A stretch of 64,000 nucleotides of DNA from positions 11,842,001 to 11,906,000 of the forward strand of contig NC_043008.1 in the NCBI RefSeq assembly GCF_006345805.1, in the 5' to 3' direction. Below the pieces are notes generated by a model. It searched no databases. It was not told where the DNA came from and worked only from the letters and a program-made list of their open reading frames with translations. This DNA is from Octopus sinensis. Lineage: Eukaryota. Every line of letters starts with the position of its first letter. The first letter of the stretch is position 1. Shown one piece after another: positions 25,401 to 37,031 of the stretch. Position numbers and translations under genes: made by a program.

Positions 25401-25639
25401 TTTGTCTTCCGTAAATTTGAACTCTCCCTCACTCTCATTCACTATATATTCACTCTCTCTCTCACTATATATATATATATAATCTATCTACCTGTATGTA
25501 TATATGGTATGCATGTATATATATATAGGTATGTATGTATATATGCTGATATATAAGTATGTAGGCATGTATATATGTGTGTACTTACGCATGCATGTAT
25601 TTGTGTATGTACATATCAGAATTGAATATACACTGTCGA

Positions 25640-25830
25640 TAAACCAATGACTACAGCATTTTTCCTGTGACAGCATCTCTAAAGGATAGCATGTGTTAAA
25701 AGCTCAATATCTATCAGAAGTGCACGACAATTCTTCTTGACAGCGACCATGCACGTTTCATTGGCGGGTATTCGCAGCAACAGTTATGTCCCTTCTAAAA
25801 TGAGGAGTTGGGATTTGTTTCACATTTCAT
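25640..25830 (-). mobile_element. Possible decayed RLE-LINE endonuclease remnant
   Basis: RDITVAAN / ANETCMVAVKKNCRALLIDIE resembles WDF.I.TD..I.ANRPDIVVVDK..CLLIDI. Confidence 0.3.
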
Positions 25831-25960
25831 GAAATAGCTTGAACATTAATTATATCTGTAATGGCAAATATACTATTTATTTACCCCCACCTGCTATACA
25901 AAGAGTCTGAACTGCACAATTAATGTAATACAAAAATATTCCATTATTCATAAATCCGTA

Positions 25961-25994
<34 letters not shown>

Positions 25995-26017
25995 CTTATG
26001 TATGTCAGTCCTAACAT

Positions 26018-26252
26018 CTTATTTCTTTATTGCTCACAAGGGGCTAAACATAGAAGGGACAAACAAGGACAGACAAAGGGATTAAGTTGATTACATCGAC
26101 CCCAGTGCGTAAATGGTACTTAATTTATCGACCCCGAAAGGATGAAAGATAAAGTCGACCTCGGCGGAATTTGAACTCAGAACGTAGCGTTAGACGGAAT
26201 ATCGATAAGCATTTCGCCCGGCGTGCTAACATTTCTGCCAGCTCGCCGCCTT
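26018..26252 (-). mobile_element. SINE family B (B2 tail), full length, ~13 bp TSD
   Basis: TSD TCAGTCCTAA(C/T)AT at 26005-26017 and 26253-26265. Confidence 0.93.
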
Positions 26253-28959
26253 TCAGTCCTAATATATTCTCAGGCAAATTATTGGATTTAGCCGACTCTA
26301 GTATTCTTGTTAATTTTGATACAACGCCAGAATTTTTGAGGAGGGGAAAAAAATCAATTACAGCGACCCCAGAGCTCAGCTGTCATTTACTATGTGCCCC
26401 CATGAATGGATGAAAAGCAGACATCATCTAGACGACATTCAGTCTCCATAAAAGAAGAAAAAAAACAGGAAGAAATATCAAGTTCCTTATCCGCCAAAGT
26501 AACAAATATGCCAGTTCTTCGCCATTGTGTTAATGATATTAAAAGAACCATTGTGTTAATGATATTAAAAGAACATTAAAAATTATTAAAAGATCATTAA
26601 TATTGAAAGGACATTAATGAATTGTAGACATCGGATAATGAATTAGTTGGGTGGTAGCTACTGTTTTTTCAGTGTTTTTGACTGGACCGTCGTTAGTAGA
26701 ATATTTTCCTCATTTCATTGTAAAATTTTGTTGAATGCTATAACGACTGTTCGATGAATTGTGAACTAAGCTGCTTTACACATTTCTGTCTTATCGGGTC
26801 CGTTAACGTACACATGTGACCGCATATTAAAGAGGTCCGTCCATTTGTGACCACCAGTGTTTTTCGAAAATCATAATTACATTAAGCAACTTGAGAGAAA
26901 GTAGGCTGCACTTTCTAGTAGTTTTTGGGGACCCATTTAAAGTAGCGTCGCCTTGACTCATGAAGAGATTATTTCTGCAGATAAATCGAGAGAATAAAAT
27001 AGAGGGAGAGAGAGGGGGGGAGAGGGAAGGCTGATGATATAGGCAGTAGATTAGAAAAGATAATTAAAGAACTATCGGAAATAATAATGAATTTAATGAA
27101 TAGAGGAAATATCGGATCATATTTAACTAATAGGTTTTCGGTTGGTTAAGCGAGGCAGATCATGAACTATTTACCTCATAAATCAAATCGCATTCTTACA
27201 TTCCTCTCCCTTACATCTTCTGCATTAAAGATGCATTATCTTTATGAAAATGCAACCATCTCTCAATAGTTAAATGAAGCGTGATATCCGACTAGATATG
27301 GTTTATATTTGCAAGCGCGAACCTAATTCACTTATTTGCCTCCGGAATCAGAACATTGCAGTTCATGCCATACCCACTTTCTTTCAGCATGGCTTGATTT
27401 CATTCTTTTTTTTTTTCGTATTATTTCGGCAACTTATAGCCACACCTTCCTTAACCGATACTCAATATTGTGCAGCATTTTATAGTTTCTTTTCGAAATC
27501 ATTTAAAAAAAATTACGAAAATGAAACTTCGATATTTATTAAATATAATTTTAGTGCAGAATTTACTGCTCTTTGTTTTCTTACCACTAATGAGAAGTGG
27601 AATATTAATCTTGCCCTTACACGCCACATCACTGGTCGTGAACATACAATCCAAAGCATCAGTCTCATGGTTTCCAAATGGCATCAAAGGATGAATTCCT
27701 TTTAAAAACCATGTTTCTCCAGTGGATCAATTTTTACAATGTACCTACCACAAAACATCGTCCTACCTACAAGATTATGCTCGATCTCCTAAACAATATA
27801 CCTGGCTGTCTCACAGACGTCTCTTTTTCATATACAAACCCAGCTTGTCTTAAATCATGTCTGCTTCTGTACAGTTTATTGTTTGCTCACATACACTACC
27901 TAACCATATAGCCACATATTAGGCTATTTCTTGTCAATCTTTTTGCGTCATGCAAGAGTAATTATATCCAATTATTCTGCTGTTTTCACAGCGATACTAC
28001 GTTCGAAATAATCATTTCTTGTTTGCATAATACATTACTTATGGTATTTTCTTCACATACCTTAGAAATCTTATGGCATTTCATGTAAGGTGACCGGTCA
28101 GAAGTTTGTCAGTTCAATGCTTTTACATTAGCACATGCTGAGCGCTATTATATAAGCCATCGCTGTGAGTTGCTAAAACAAAATACAATTCAAATACTGC
28201 AGTTTTTCTAATCGATTAACTCTTCCCCTACCTATGTGTTTCGTCTTGTGCCTATGTTACGAAATCTTATTGTATTTTTACATCTGCCGAAAGCTGTATA
28301 TATCTTTTCGGTGGTTATATTTAATTTAATCAACTGCAGTACGCTGCAAATACCTATATACAACTAAACTCTTCCATATATTTAATCTGGTTGCATCAGA
28401 TTTTGAGGCTTCCTCCTGCTGATAACCAAAAAAGAAAGCAAAGCCTGAATCTGAAAATGGAAACAAATAACATAAACATACCGAATTCATTTGAAAGCAC
28501 CAATAGATCAAGTTGTTATTCAGATTTCTCGTCTAATATTTCTTTTATGCCATCTGTGTCTCAATTATATACAAACATCTACGTACAATGAGCCATAAAA
28601 ATATACGACCACTCTCAGAAAATAAAAAGGAAAGTATAATGAAATGGAAACGAACATTCGTAACTTAAGAATTAACCAATTAAACAAATGATTAATAATA
28701 CTTGTGGGACCCGCAATTCTAATCACAACATGAAGATCAATGTCTTGTATCGATGCTGGCAAAACTGCTGCTCTCCAGAACCAGCATCATTATTACCCTC
28801 CTTATAACTAATTAGTTCACATTTTCTAAATACTGAAGTAATAAGCATATTGCTCAATCCTGTCTTACCATCTAAAATCCATCTCAACAAGATAACATGA
28901 AAATTGTTTAAATGAATTAAAATCTCTGAATTTAGAACAAGGAGGTTATAATCCACTCT

Positions 28960-29190
28960 ATTGCTGGAAGTTCATTCTTGGCAAATATACACAGTACACA
29001 GAGGTCTTAATGAGAGAAGGATGGATATTGAGAAATACGTTGACACATAAGAAATGGTAAGAGCACTCACGAAACCCGAAATGTCACAATGACATGACTA
29101 TGTGATTCTCTGACAGACCATTCCGTATTGACAAAGCCATTGTTGCGAACAACCAATATATACCAAAGAAAGAAGTTATTCAGTTTGACA
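28960..29190 (+). mobile_element. Decayed RLE-LINE endonuclease-region remnant
   Basis: AGSSFLAN, KKW*EH, VIL*..I..DKAIVANN motifs in the expected order. Confidence 0.45.
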
Positions 29191-29456
29191 GACACTTGAA
29201 ATCATTACAATAGACACAACGCTGGGAAAGATGTTAAAAGCTTTCATAGTACTTTGATTTTAAAATGTATATAGTTTGTGTATGAAAGTTCAACACAAGA
29301 CTAATGTCGAGTGCTCTTTATACAAATAAAAATGTTTATGAATAAATAATATAAGCTCAAAATGTCCTCATCGCTGTACGTTTATTTCAAAAAGTTAACG
29401 ATGATAGCCATAGGGACAACTAACACCGAGACATACTACACAATCATCATCATATA

Positions 29457-29847
29457 GGCGCAGGAGTGGCTGTGTGGTAAGTAGCTTGCTAACCAACCAC
29501 ATGGTTCCGGGTTCAGTCCCACTGCGTGGCATCTTGAGCAGGTGTCTTCTGCTATAGCCCCGGGCCGACCAATGCCTTGTGAGTGGATTTGGCAGACGGA
29601 AACTGAAAGAAGCCTGTCGTATATATGTATATATATATATATGTATGTGTGTGTGTCTGTTTGTACCCCTAGCATTCCTTGACAACCGATGCTGGTGTGT
29701 TTACGTCCCCGTCACTTAGCGGTTCGGCAAAAGAGACCGATAGAATAAGTACTAGTCCCGGGGTCAATGTGCTCGACTAAAGGCGGTGCTCCAGCATGGC
29801 CGCAGTCAAATGACTGTAACAAGTAAAAGAGTAAAAGAGTAAAGAGT
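29457..29847 (+). mobile_element. SINE family A, near full length, small 3' deletion
   Basis: Aligns to the 11339 copy; lacks ~16 nt between the two AATAAGT repeats. Confidence 0.94.
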
Positions 29848-31389
29848 ATATCTCTATATTGGAAAGTTATTTTAACATATAAAAGCTACACTATGACAAC
29901 ACAAGTTGCAACATCAACGACAACAAGAACAACAACAACCATACCAACAAAGCACATTTCGGAACAGAAGGTATTAGATGTATAACAAAACATTACAACA
30001 TATTCCAAAAAGACAATATTGCACATATCTCAAGGACACACAAATGCACCCGGTGATGTTGTGATGGGCGATAGAGAATATACCGAAAATAACTCTCAAT
30101 AAATTTTCCAGCTGTCGCATTACGCTTAAGCCTGAAAAATTCCATCAACCTTCCCTCACGCATTCTTTTCTGTTTTGATAAAAAATTTCTTTGATCATTT
30201 AAACATGCTCTATTATTTATCAGAACATCTGTTTCTGCTTGATAACCAAAACAACCAACTTCTGCTGTCAGTAATACAAAAATAATTTTCTCATGGAACT
30301 TGAAAAATGTTCTTGAATAGTTTTCAAATTTTTATTAATGGCAGATTTTTAAGATAGGCACAAGATGAGTCACATTGTAAGAGGGAGTCAGTGGACTGTA
30401 TCAGCTTCAATACTATTTTGTTACATAGCTTCTTACATCGGGAAGCTTAAACGATAAAAATCAACATCGGCGGAATCTGAACTTAAAACGATAAAACATG
30501 TTATTATATTTTTCCAGTATTTCATACAACATTCTATGCAATCAGTCTATTCATTCCCAAACCACTGTATTATATCCTGGAAAAAATTATGGAAGAAAAG
30601 GATAAATTAACAGCGAAACAAAAAAAAATAAAGTTTAAAATAATAGTTGCGCTGCTGGGATGTTATGTGAAATTAACTGATAATGGTGAGAGCCACTGAA
30701 GAATAAGGGCTTTTGGTATACGTATCTGTTGTATACGGGATCAGTTACACACCAGCTACAAATAAAATTCCTAAATATTGATTTAAAGATAAATAAAAAA
30801 TTCAAGAAATTACCAGCTGGTGTATTATCTTCAAAGCGGAAGAATTTTCTTCCGCATTTGTTTAATTTTTTTCTGCCCCCGAAAAATCTTTTTGATTTTT
30901 TTAAAACAAATTGCAGTACTTATCTAAACATCTGTTTTTGTTGGGTGATAGGAAAAACCAAATGCTTCTATCATGAATAAACTTATATTTATCGTAGAAC
31001 TTAAACAATTTTCTTAGAATACTTTCCAAATATTTGTTAGTGATCCTGTTATATCGAGCACTATTTTGTTTTTGGTTCTGAATGTGTTTTTGTTGTCCAT
31101 TTTATATCATTTTCCCATGTTGCTGTTGTCGGGATTGAATTATAAATAAATTTACTTTCGTGGTAGAACGAATCCTATAGCGGGAGCGTTCAGATCTCGA
31201 TCCTTTGTGAAGATGATAGCAATAAATGAAATAAAACATAAACCACTTATAATCCGGCAAAATTTGTCTAAGAACAATATGGTGAACTGATTATAGCCAT
31301 TGTCCTAAATAGCCATTGTCCTGCATTTGACTGAATTTGATATGCGTTGTGTTTTAAAGCTTCAAAACTTTTAAATATTATTTCAGTGT

Positions 31390-31595
31390 AAGGCGGCGTG
31401 CTGGCAGAATCATTAACATATACCGGGCGAAATGCTTAGTAGCATTTCGTCTGTCTTTACGTTCTGAGTTCAAATTCTGCGAAGGTCGACTTTGCCTTCA
31501 ATTCTTTCAGGGATATTAATTAAGTACCATTTGCGTATTTGGTCGGTCTAATCGACAGACACCCTCTCCCAAAATTTCGGTCCCTGTGCCTAGAG
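31390..31595 (+). mobile_element. SINE family B (B1 tail)
   Basis: AAGGCGGCGTGCTGGCAGAATC...GAGTTCAAATTC...AAAATTTCGGTCCCTGTGCCTAGAG. Confidence 0.88.
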
Positions 31596-32331
31596 AGCTA
31601 GCAAAACAACACGGAATTGTTTCAAAAATAGGCGTAGAGCATCGTTCAGAGGAATTGTCGACATCATCGTTCCCTAATTATTTTATTGACTCTGAAAGGA
31701 TGAAATGCTCAGTTGATTTTTGCGAGGTATAGACTTTCACAACTTGACTGTAATTTACAAATTTAGAATGACAGGAAAACATTATCAAGATTTCTAATAA
31801 GAAACACTTGAAGAAGTATTTGCAGAATGAGACTCCCCAGAGTAACTCTAAATATGCCGATTATTTCGTGGGTGTATATAATGATTATGCAGTTTCCTCA
31901 TCACTGATCCATCTGAAAATTAATATAGCATATGGCTGTTATTAGTACAAAACGTATATCTATGCATGGAATGTTTAAAATGACTTTTGCTTTGCTAGAA
32001 ATGGTACACCAATTTTCCTTAAATCATTAAAATGTAATAAAAAGACAGATACTATAACTGTTGGAAAGAGGGTATGGCAAAGAGTGAAAAGCATTTCATA
32101 ATAGGTCCGCTTTGCTTCGAATTGGCCTATCGACTGACAACAACACTGATGTTAAAAGATGTTGCCCATGTAATTATATTGACGAATGATTTTTTTTTTA
32201 TTTTCAGAATTAAGATAAAATCATATTATGAAGAAAACTTAGGTGACAACCTATACGATAATTAACTGAGTCAATTACACAGCCATGTGGATTTAATTCT
32301 TTAAAAATATCAAACAACTACTATATAACAA

Positions 32332-32722
32332 TCCTTTATACTATAGACACAAGGACTGAAATTTTAGGCAAAGGGATAGTTGATTACATCAACTACGATA
32401 CTCAACTGGTACTTCATTTATCGAGCCTCAAAGGCAAAATTCGACCGCGGCGGAATTTGAACTCATAACGCAGTGACGGGAGAAATACCTATTTCTTTAC
32501 TACTCACAAGGGGCTAAACACAGAGAGGATAAACAAGGACAGACAAACGGATTAAGTTAATTATATCAACCCCAGTGTGTAACTAGTACTTAATTTATCG
32601 ACCCCGAAAGGATGAAAGGCAAAGTCGACCTCGGCGGAATTTCAAATCAGAACGTAGCGGCAGATGAAATACTGCTACGCATTTCACCCGGTGTGCTAAT
32701 GATTCTGCCAGCTCGCCGCCTT
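32332..32722 (-). mobile_element. SINE family B dimer (B2 plus headless B1)
   Basis: Same internal junction as the 10.8 kb copy (AAAGAAATAG|GTATTTC at 32489/32488). Confidence 0.9.
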
Positions 32723-32978
32723 TATTTTTTCCGACTCAGTATTAACTGGTTTTTACAACGATTTGTAACTGTGCCTTTATGAAGAACACACTATCGCTAT
32801 TTCTAATTTTCAATAGAAATTTAGGGAAAATCTATATTCCCTTAAATCTAATTACTTACACACCGTTTCTTCTAATACAAATGAAGAAATTACATTAAAG
32901 TAGAAACTAGGTGAACATTAAACAATCTTCACTTATTTCCTCGAATCCACACGAAAGGGATTATTCAAAACCAACTTT

Positions 32979-33418
32979 GGATCTTTTCGGTTTGAACGGC
33001 AGTTTTTAGCATAATTTCTAGGTAGTTAAAAAATTTTAAACTTCGTATACTAGTAGAATATGTTTATAAAACATCTTTTTCTCTTGGCTTTATTGAGAAA
33101 ATTCTATAGTTTTTAAGATATTTGTTGTTTTTTCTTCAATTTCTGCAATTTCAACCAATCACTGACGTCCATTGAGGTAAACAACATTCTATGCCGTATG
33201 AATATGTCCCTCGTTTAAAAAACAGATTGGGTTTATTTACATTTGTGAAGAAAAAAAGATACCCTTTCCCCCACACCTAACCCTAACCCTAACTAAACCT
33301 AACTAACTCTAACCCTAAAAGAGATTGAAATGCAATAGATCGATTCTAGGGTCATAATTATGGGTGACAATTTCATATGGCACCGCTAGAAAAACTGCCG
33401 TTCAAACCGAAAAGATCC
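32979..33418. mobile_element. 440 bp MITE with 29 bp TIR, GG...CC termini and 8 bp TSD (Merlin-like by termini), carrying telomere-like repeats
   Basis: TIR GGATCTTTTCGGTTTGAACGGCAGTTTTT; TSD CCAACTTT at 32971-32978 and 33419-33426; imperfect (CCCTAA)n at 33276-33317. Confidence 0.9.
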
Positions 33419-34421
33419 CCAACTTTTTCTCAGGTACTTCAGCATATATTTTCTGTTTCAATGTCTACAAGGCACACTATGTATTACTCATTTCAAATGT
33501 CTGCATCATTTTTAAATGGTGAGCAACATTTTGAGCGCAAAAATATCTTATTTGCTTCTCAATTATCGTCAACTAACAAATACGATTTTTAGCTTTCATT
33601 GGGCTTCCTTCAGAGTATTTGTTTCTTTCAATTTTCACAGCTTTTATATATACGAATGGATTTCTGTTTACGATTGCTGTGTTTGTGTTTGTGTGTGCAC
33701 GCACCTGTATGTATGTGTGTATGTTTGCGCGTGTTATCATAGAAGAACTAAATAGTGTTTTTGCTTTATTTTTCGGTACTTCATTCTGAACGTCTACCAC
33801 ATTTTAATTCCAATTGTAGACAACAAACTCTTCATTGTGGAATAATGTGGATATCTTGCGGTTCGAATTGCTACGGTATTCTAAAAGAAAAAATATATAT
33901 ATACATGCAATGGATTCAGTTATATAGGTAGGGATATTTTCTTTCTGTTATTCTTTATTATATTGTAATATTGCGTTAGTATTAGAGCTATCGTCAGGGA
34001 CGTCTACGTCCCTGATAATGAATTTAAATATTAATCCACTTTCGACGAGTCGTTAAACACTATGTTTGACGTCAGTTACAAAATGAGATACTTTCAAACA
34101 GAACAAAGACGCTTTTTGTGTGTTAGCTTTCCCTTCTAACTCAACTATATTAATATTTGTGGCTGTAACAAAGTACCACAATGAACTAACAACGCACCAA
34201 TATAAGAAGCGACACGTTGACAGTAAGGAGGTTTCATTAGATTGCAATCTTTTGTTGAAATATTTCTGTAAATGCATGGCGTCTAAATGGTCGCAAAACA
34301 TACAGTGATAGCACAGAAATGTTTCTCATATCCAACAGCCACGTCTTTCTGATTGTGAACAAGTATTAGACCGGTTCGTCCTGGATGAAGATAGATCGAG
34401 CAGTCATGGCTGCAATTCAAT

Positions 34422-35886
34422 GATCAGTGCTTTTATCGATTAGCTCCGGCGTTAAGGTCAAGGACAACGGAAGTGAGAAAACTTACAGAGATGAAAATGA
34501 AAGAAAGATTCGGTAGTGGCACATCTCACATATTTCAGGTGTACAATCTGAAGATTAAAAGTTCGGTGATGTCTACGGCTTATGCCTCTGACTCCCATAT
34601 TCAGATGGCAGTCCGGATTATATAAATATATAATATTGGTTTATTTGAGTGTCTCCAGTAAATCATTAAGTTCTGATCTGCATAGATACACAGTAGCCCT
34701 AAATATTTGTTGCATTTTATGCATTATAATCAACGACGTCATTTCGTACGAGCGGTAGACACGAAACCTGAACGTTACCTATCGCTGGCAGGGTGACCAA
34801 TTACTGCTGTTTAGCATTCAAGTGACCATCATTGAAAAGACCAAAGAAGGTCGAAATCACTTAATCTGGTGGACTCGGCGCTGGAGGCAGCAGGGACTTA
34901 TCTTCCCGAGGTGATATAAGGAGGAGTGCATTCGGCACCAAAATGCCTATACGATAGTTTCGTCCATAGCAGTTTCCGCAATAAAGTTTGTTCTTACAGA
35001 ACACCCACGTGGGGATAAATATTACTTCTTTGTATTAGTACTACTTCTGTCTCTTATACATTTAGCTATAGAGGTTTAGGCTCGCCCTTAATATCCGTTG
35101 GCAGCTTTTAAAAATATCAACCTGTTACATAAATTTGCTGATCCACAAAAGACTATATTTGTTCAAGATGCATGACCTTTTCATAATAGGAAATATTCTT
35201 ATTATTAATACCTTCACTAGCATTGTCTCATCGCAAACATCTTCATTCAATAGATTCAACTCCTGCCTTGCAAAAGTTATGTTCTGCTTGACCCACAGGC
35301 AGGAGATAAAGTTAAGCTCAGATTTCATTTGTGATTGAAATTCACTGATTTATTTATTTCTGAGAGTGCCAACTGCGTTAAGAAATACACGAACATCGGA
35401 TTATAAGGTAAATGACATTTACATTAAGAACAGCTTCAGTCATATTCGTCTTGTATATGGACACGGAAAATATCTTAGGAAAGTTAAAATTTCATTGAGC
35501 TGATATTATGAATTGATTTTGAGATTTGGTAAGTTACATTTACACCACAACGGCAAAATGGCTCATTTGACTTATGCAAGCCTCACTTGTAAAATAGAGT
35601 CGTCTCTGCTTTGTTTCAGCTGTCATTGACTTAACGTCATTTCATGTGTAAAAATTCAGTTATTTTTCGTCTACAATTCTGTATTTCAGGAGACACAATT
35701 ATTTCATTATGACTTAGCTGCTTTGACGACACTAAAATAGATCATTGGTTTTATCGATTAGTTCCGACGTGGAGTTCAAGAACAAGAAAGGTGAGAAAAC
35801 TTAAGAGATGAAAATGAAAGAGAGATTGGCTAGTGGTACATCCCACATGTTACAGATACACAATCTGAAGATTAAAAGTTCGGTGA
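34422..35886 (+). repeat. ~148 bp diverged direct repeat (34422-34569 and 35740-35886)
   Basis: Both contain TTTTATCGATTAG...GTGAGAAAACTTA..GAGATGAAAATGAAAG...CAATCTGAAGATTAAAAGTTCGGTGA. Confidence 0.85.
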
Positions 35887-35906
35887 ATAGTAAATTACTT
35901 TTCTTA

Positions 35907-36046
35907 ACATTATTTACAATTGACGGATATTTGTCCTCATCTTGTTTGTTGTTAACACAACGTTTCGGCTGATATATCCTCCAGCCTTCATCAGGTGTCT
36001 TGGGGAAACTTTGAACCTGGGTTCTCATCCCTAAAATATTTTTCAA

Positions 36047-36116
<70 letters not shown>

Positions 36117-36348
36117 ATTATTATTGCTATTATTATTATTATTATTAATATTATTATTATTTTTAGTTTTATTATTATTGCTATTATTATTATCATTATT
36201 ATTATTATTGCTATTATTATTATCATTATTATTATTATTATATTATTATTATTATTATTATCATCATCCTTATTCAGGTTTCTGCCTGGAATCGAACTCG
36301 GAATCTTAGGGTTAGTATCGCGCGCTCTTAACCACTACAACATATGCC
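35907..36348 (-). mobile_element. SINE family E, full length: tRNA-like head, (TAA/CAA)n spacer, hammerhead-bearing tail
   Basis: Head GGCATATGTTGTAGTGGTTAAGAGCGCG...GAGTTCGATTCC (A-like box and B box); tail with HHR. Confidence 0.88.
35954..35999 (-). ncRNA. Minimal type I hammerhead ribozyme, intact core
   Basis: GACAC-CTGATGA-A-GGCTG-(10 nt)-CAGCC-GAAAC-GTT-GTGTT: stem I 5 bp, stem II 5 bp, palindromic ACGT stem III. Confidence 0.78.
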
Positions 36349-36526
36349 GAGTTCGATTCCAAGCAGTAACCTGAATAATAATAATGATAACAACAACATC
36401 GAAAAATATTTTAGGAATGAGAACCCAGGTTAGAAATTTCCCCCAAGACACCTGATGAAGGCTGGAAGGTATATCAGCCGAAACGTTGTGTTAACAACAA
36501 ACAAGATGAGGACAAATATCCGTCAA
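36347..36526 (+). mobile_element. 5'-truncated SINE E copy, inverted head-to-head with the previous copy
   Basis: Starts at the B box CCGAGTTCGATTCC, sharing CC at the junction. Confidence 0.88.
36447..36492 (+). ncRNA. Minimal type I hammerhead ribozyme, intact core
   Basis: GACAC-CTGATGA-A-GGCTG-GAAGGTATAT-CAGCC-GAAAC-GTT-GTGTT. Confidence 0.8.
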
Positions 36527-36766
36527 CGTAAACCTGAAAGTATATACAATACTACCACTGGATAGCAAAGGGTGGAATCTGAAGGTTGACGTGCTTTATA
36601 CTGTACTCTTTCTTAACAGAATATATCCTAACTTCTTTCTGTTTTCTACTCCCAAATTCACGTACAAGTGTTTGATCGGGTCGAGGCTGTAATAGAAAAC
36701 ACTTTCCCAAGATGTAACGCATTGGGACTGAACCAGGGACCATGTAGTTGGGAAGCAAGCCTCTTA

Positions 36767-36990
36767 TTTGTTTATTGCCCACAAGGGGCTAAACATAGAC
36801 GGGACAAACAAAGATAGACAAAGGGATTAAGTCGATTACATCGAGCCCAGTGCGTAACTGGTACTTAATTTATCGACCCCGAAAGGATGAAAGGTAAAGT
36901 CGACCTCGGCGGAATTTGAACTCAGAACGTAGAGACAGACTGCTAAGCATTTCGTCCGTCGTGCTAACGATTCTGCTAGCTCGCCGCCTT
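36767..36990 (-). mobile_element. SINE family B (B2 tail) nested in SINE A
   Basis: Full monomer; flanking duplication GCAA(G)CCTCTTA. Confidence 0.93.
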
Positions 36991-36992
36991 CA

Positions 36993-37031
36993 TCGTGGAG
37001 AATCTGGGGATCGATCCCGGTACTTCTCGCA
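36993..37031 (-). pseudogene. 3' half of a tRNA-Ala (approx. positions 38-76), retrocopied
   Basis: TGCGAG-AAGTA-CCGGG-ATCGATC-CCCAG-ATTCTCC-A-CGA: anticodon-stem 3' strand, A54-type T loop, U70 and A73 alanine identity elements. Confidence 0.75.

Noticed and set aside
27700-28150. Faint resemblance to an RTE RT C-terminus on the minus strand
   Set aside because: Too degenerate to support without alignment
30000-30330. Stop-free minus-strand frame of about 110 codons
   Set aside because: No recognisable motif; such lengths occur by chance in 64 kb
33276-33317. Telomeric repeat
   Set aside because: Short, imperfect and internal to a MITE; not a chromosome end
33994-34015. GC-rich hairpin TCAGGGACGT-CT-ACGTCCCTGA as a Helitron 3' end
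   Set aside because: No CTRR terminus downstream and no other Helitron feature
34708-35002. Possible solo LTR (TG...CA, TATA-like box, AATAAA)
   Set aside because: No target-site duplication and no second copy
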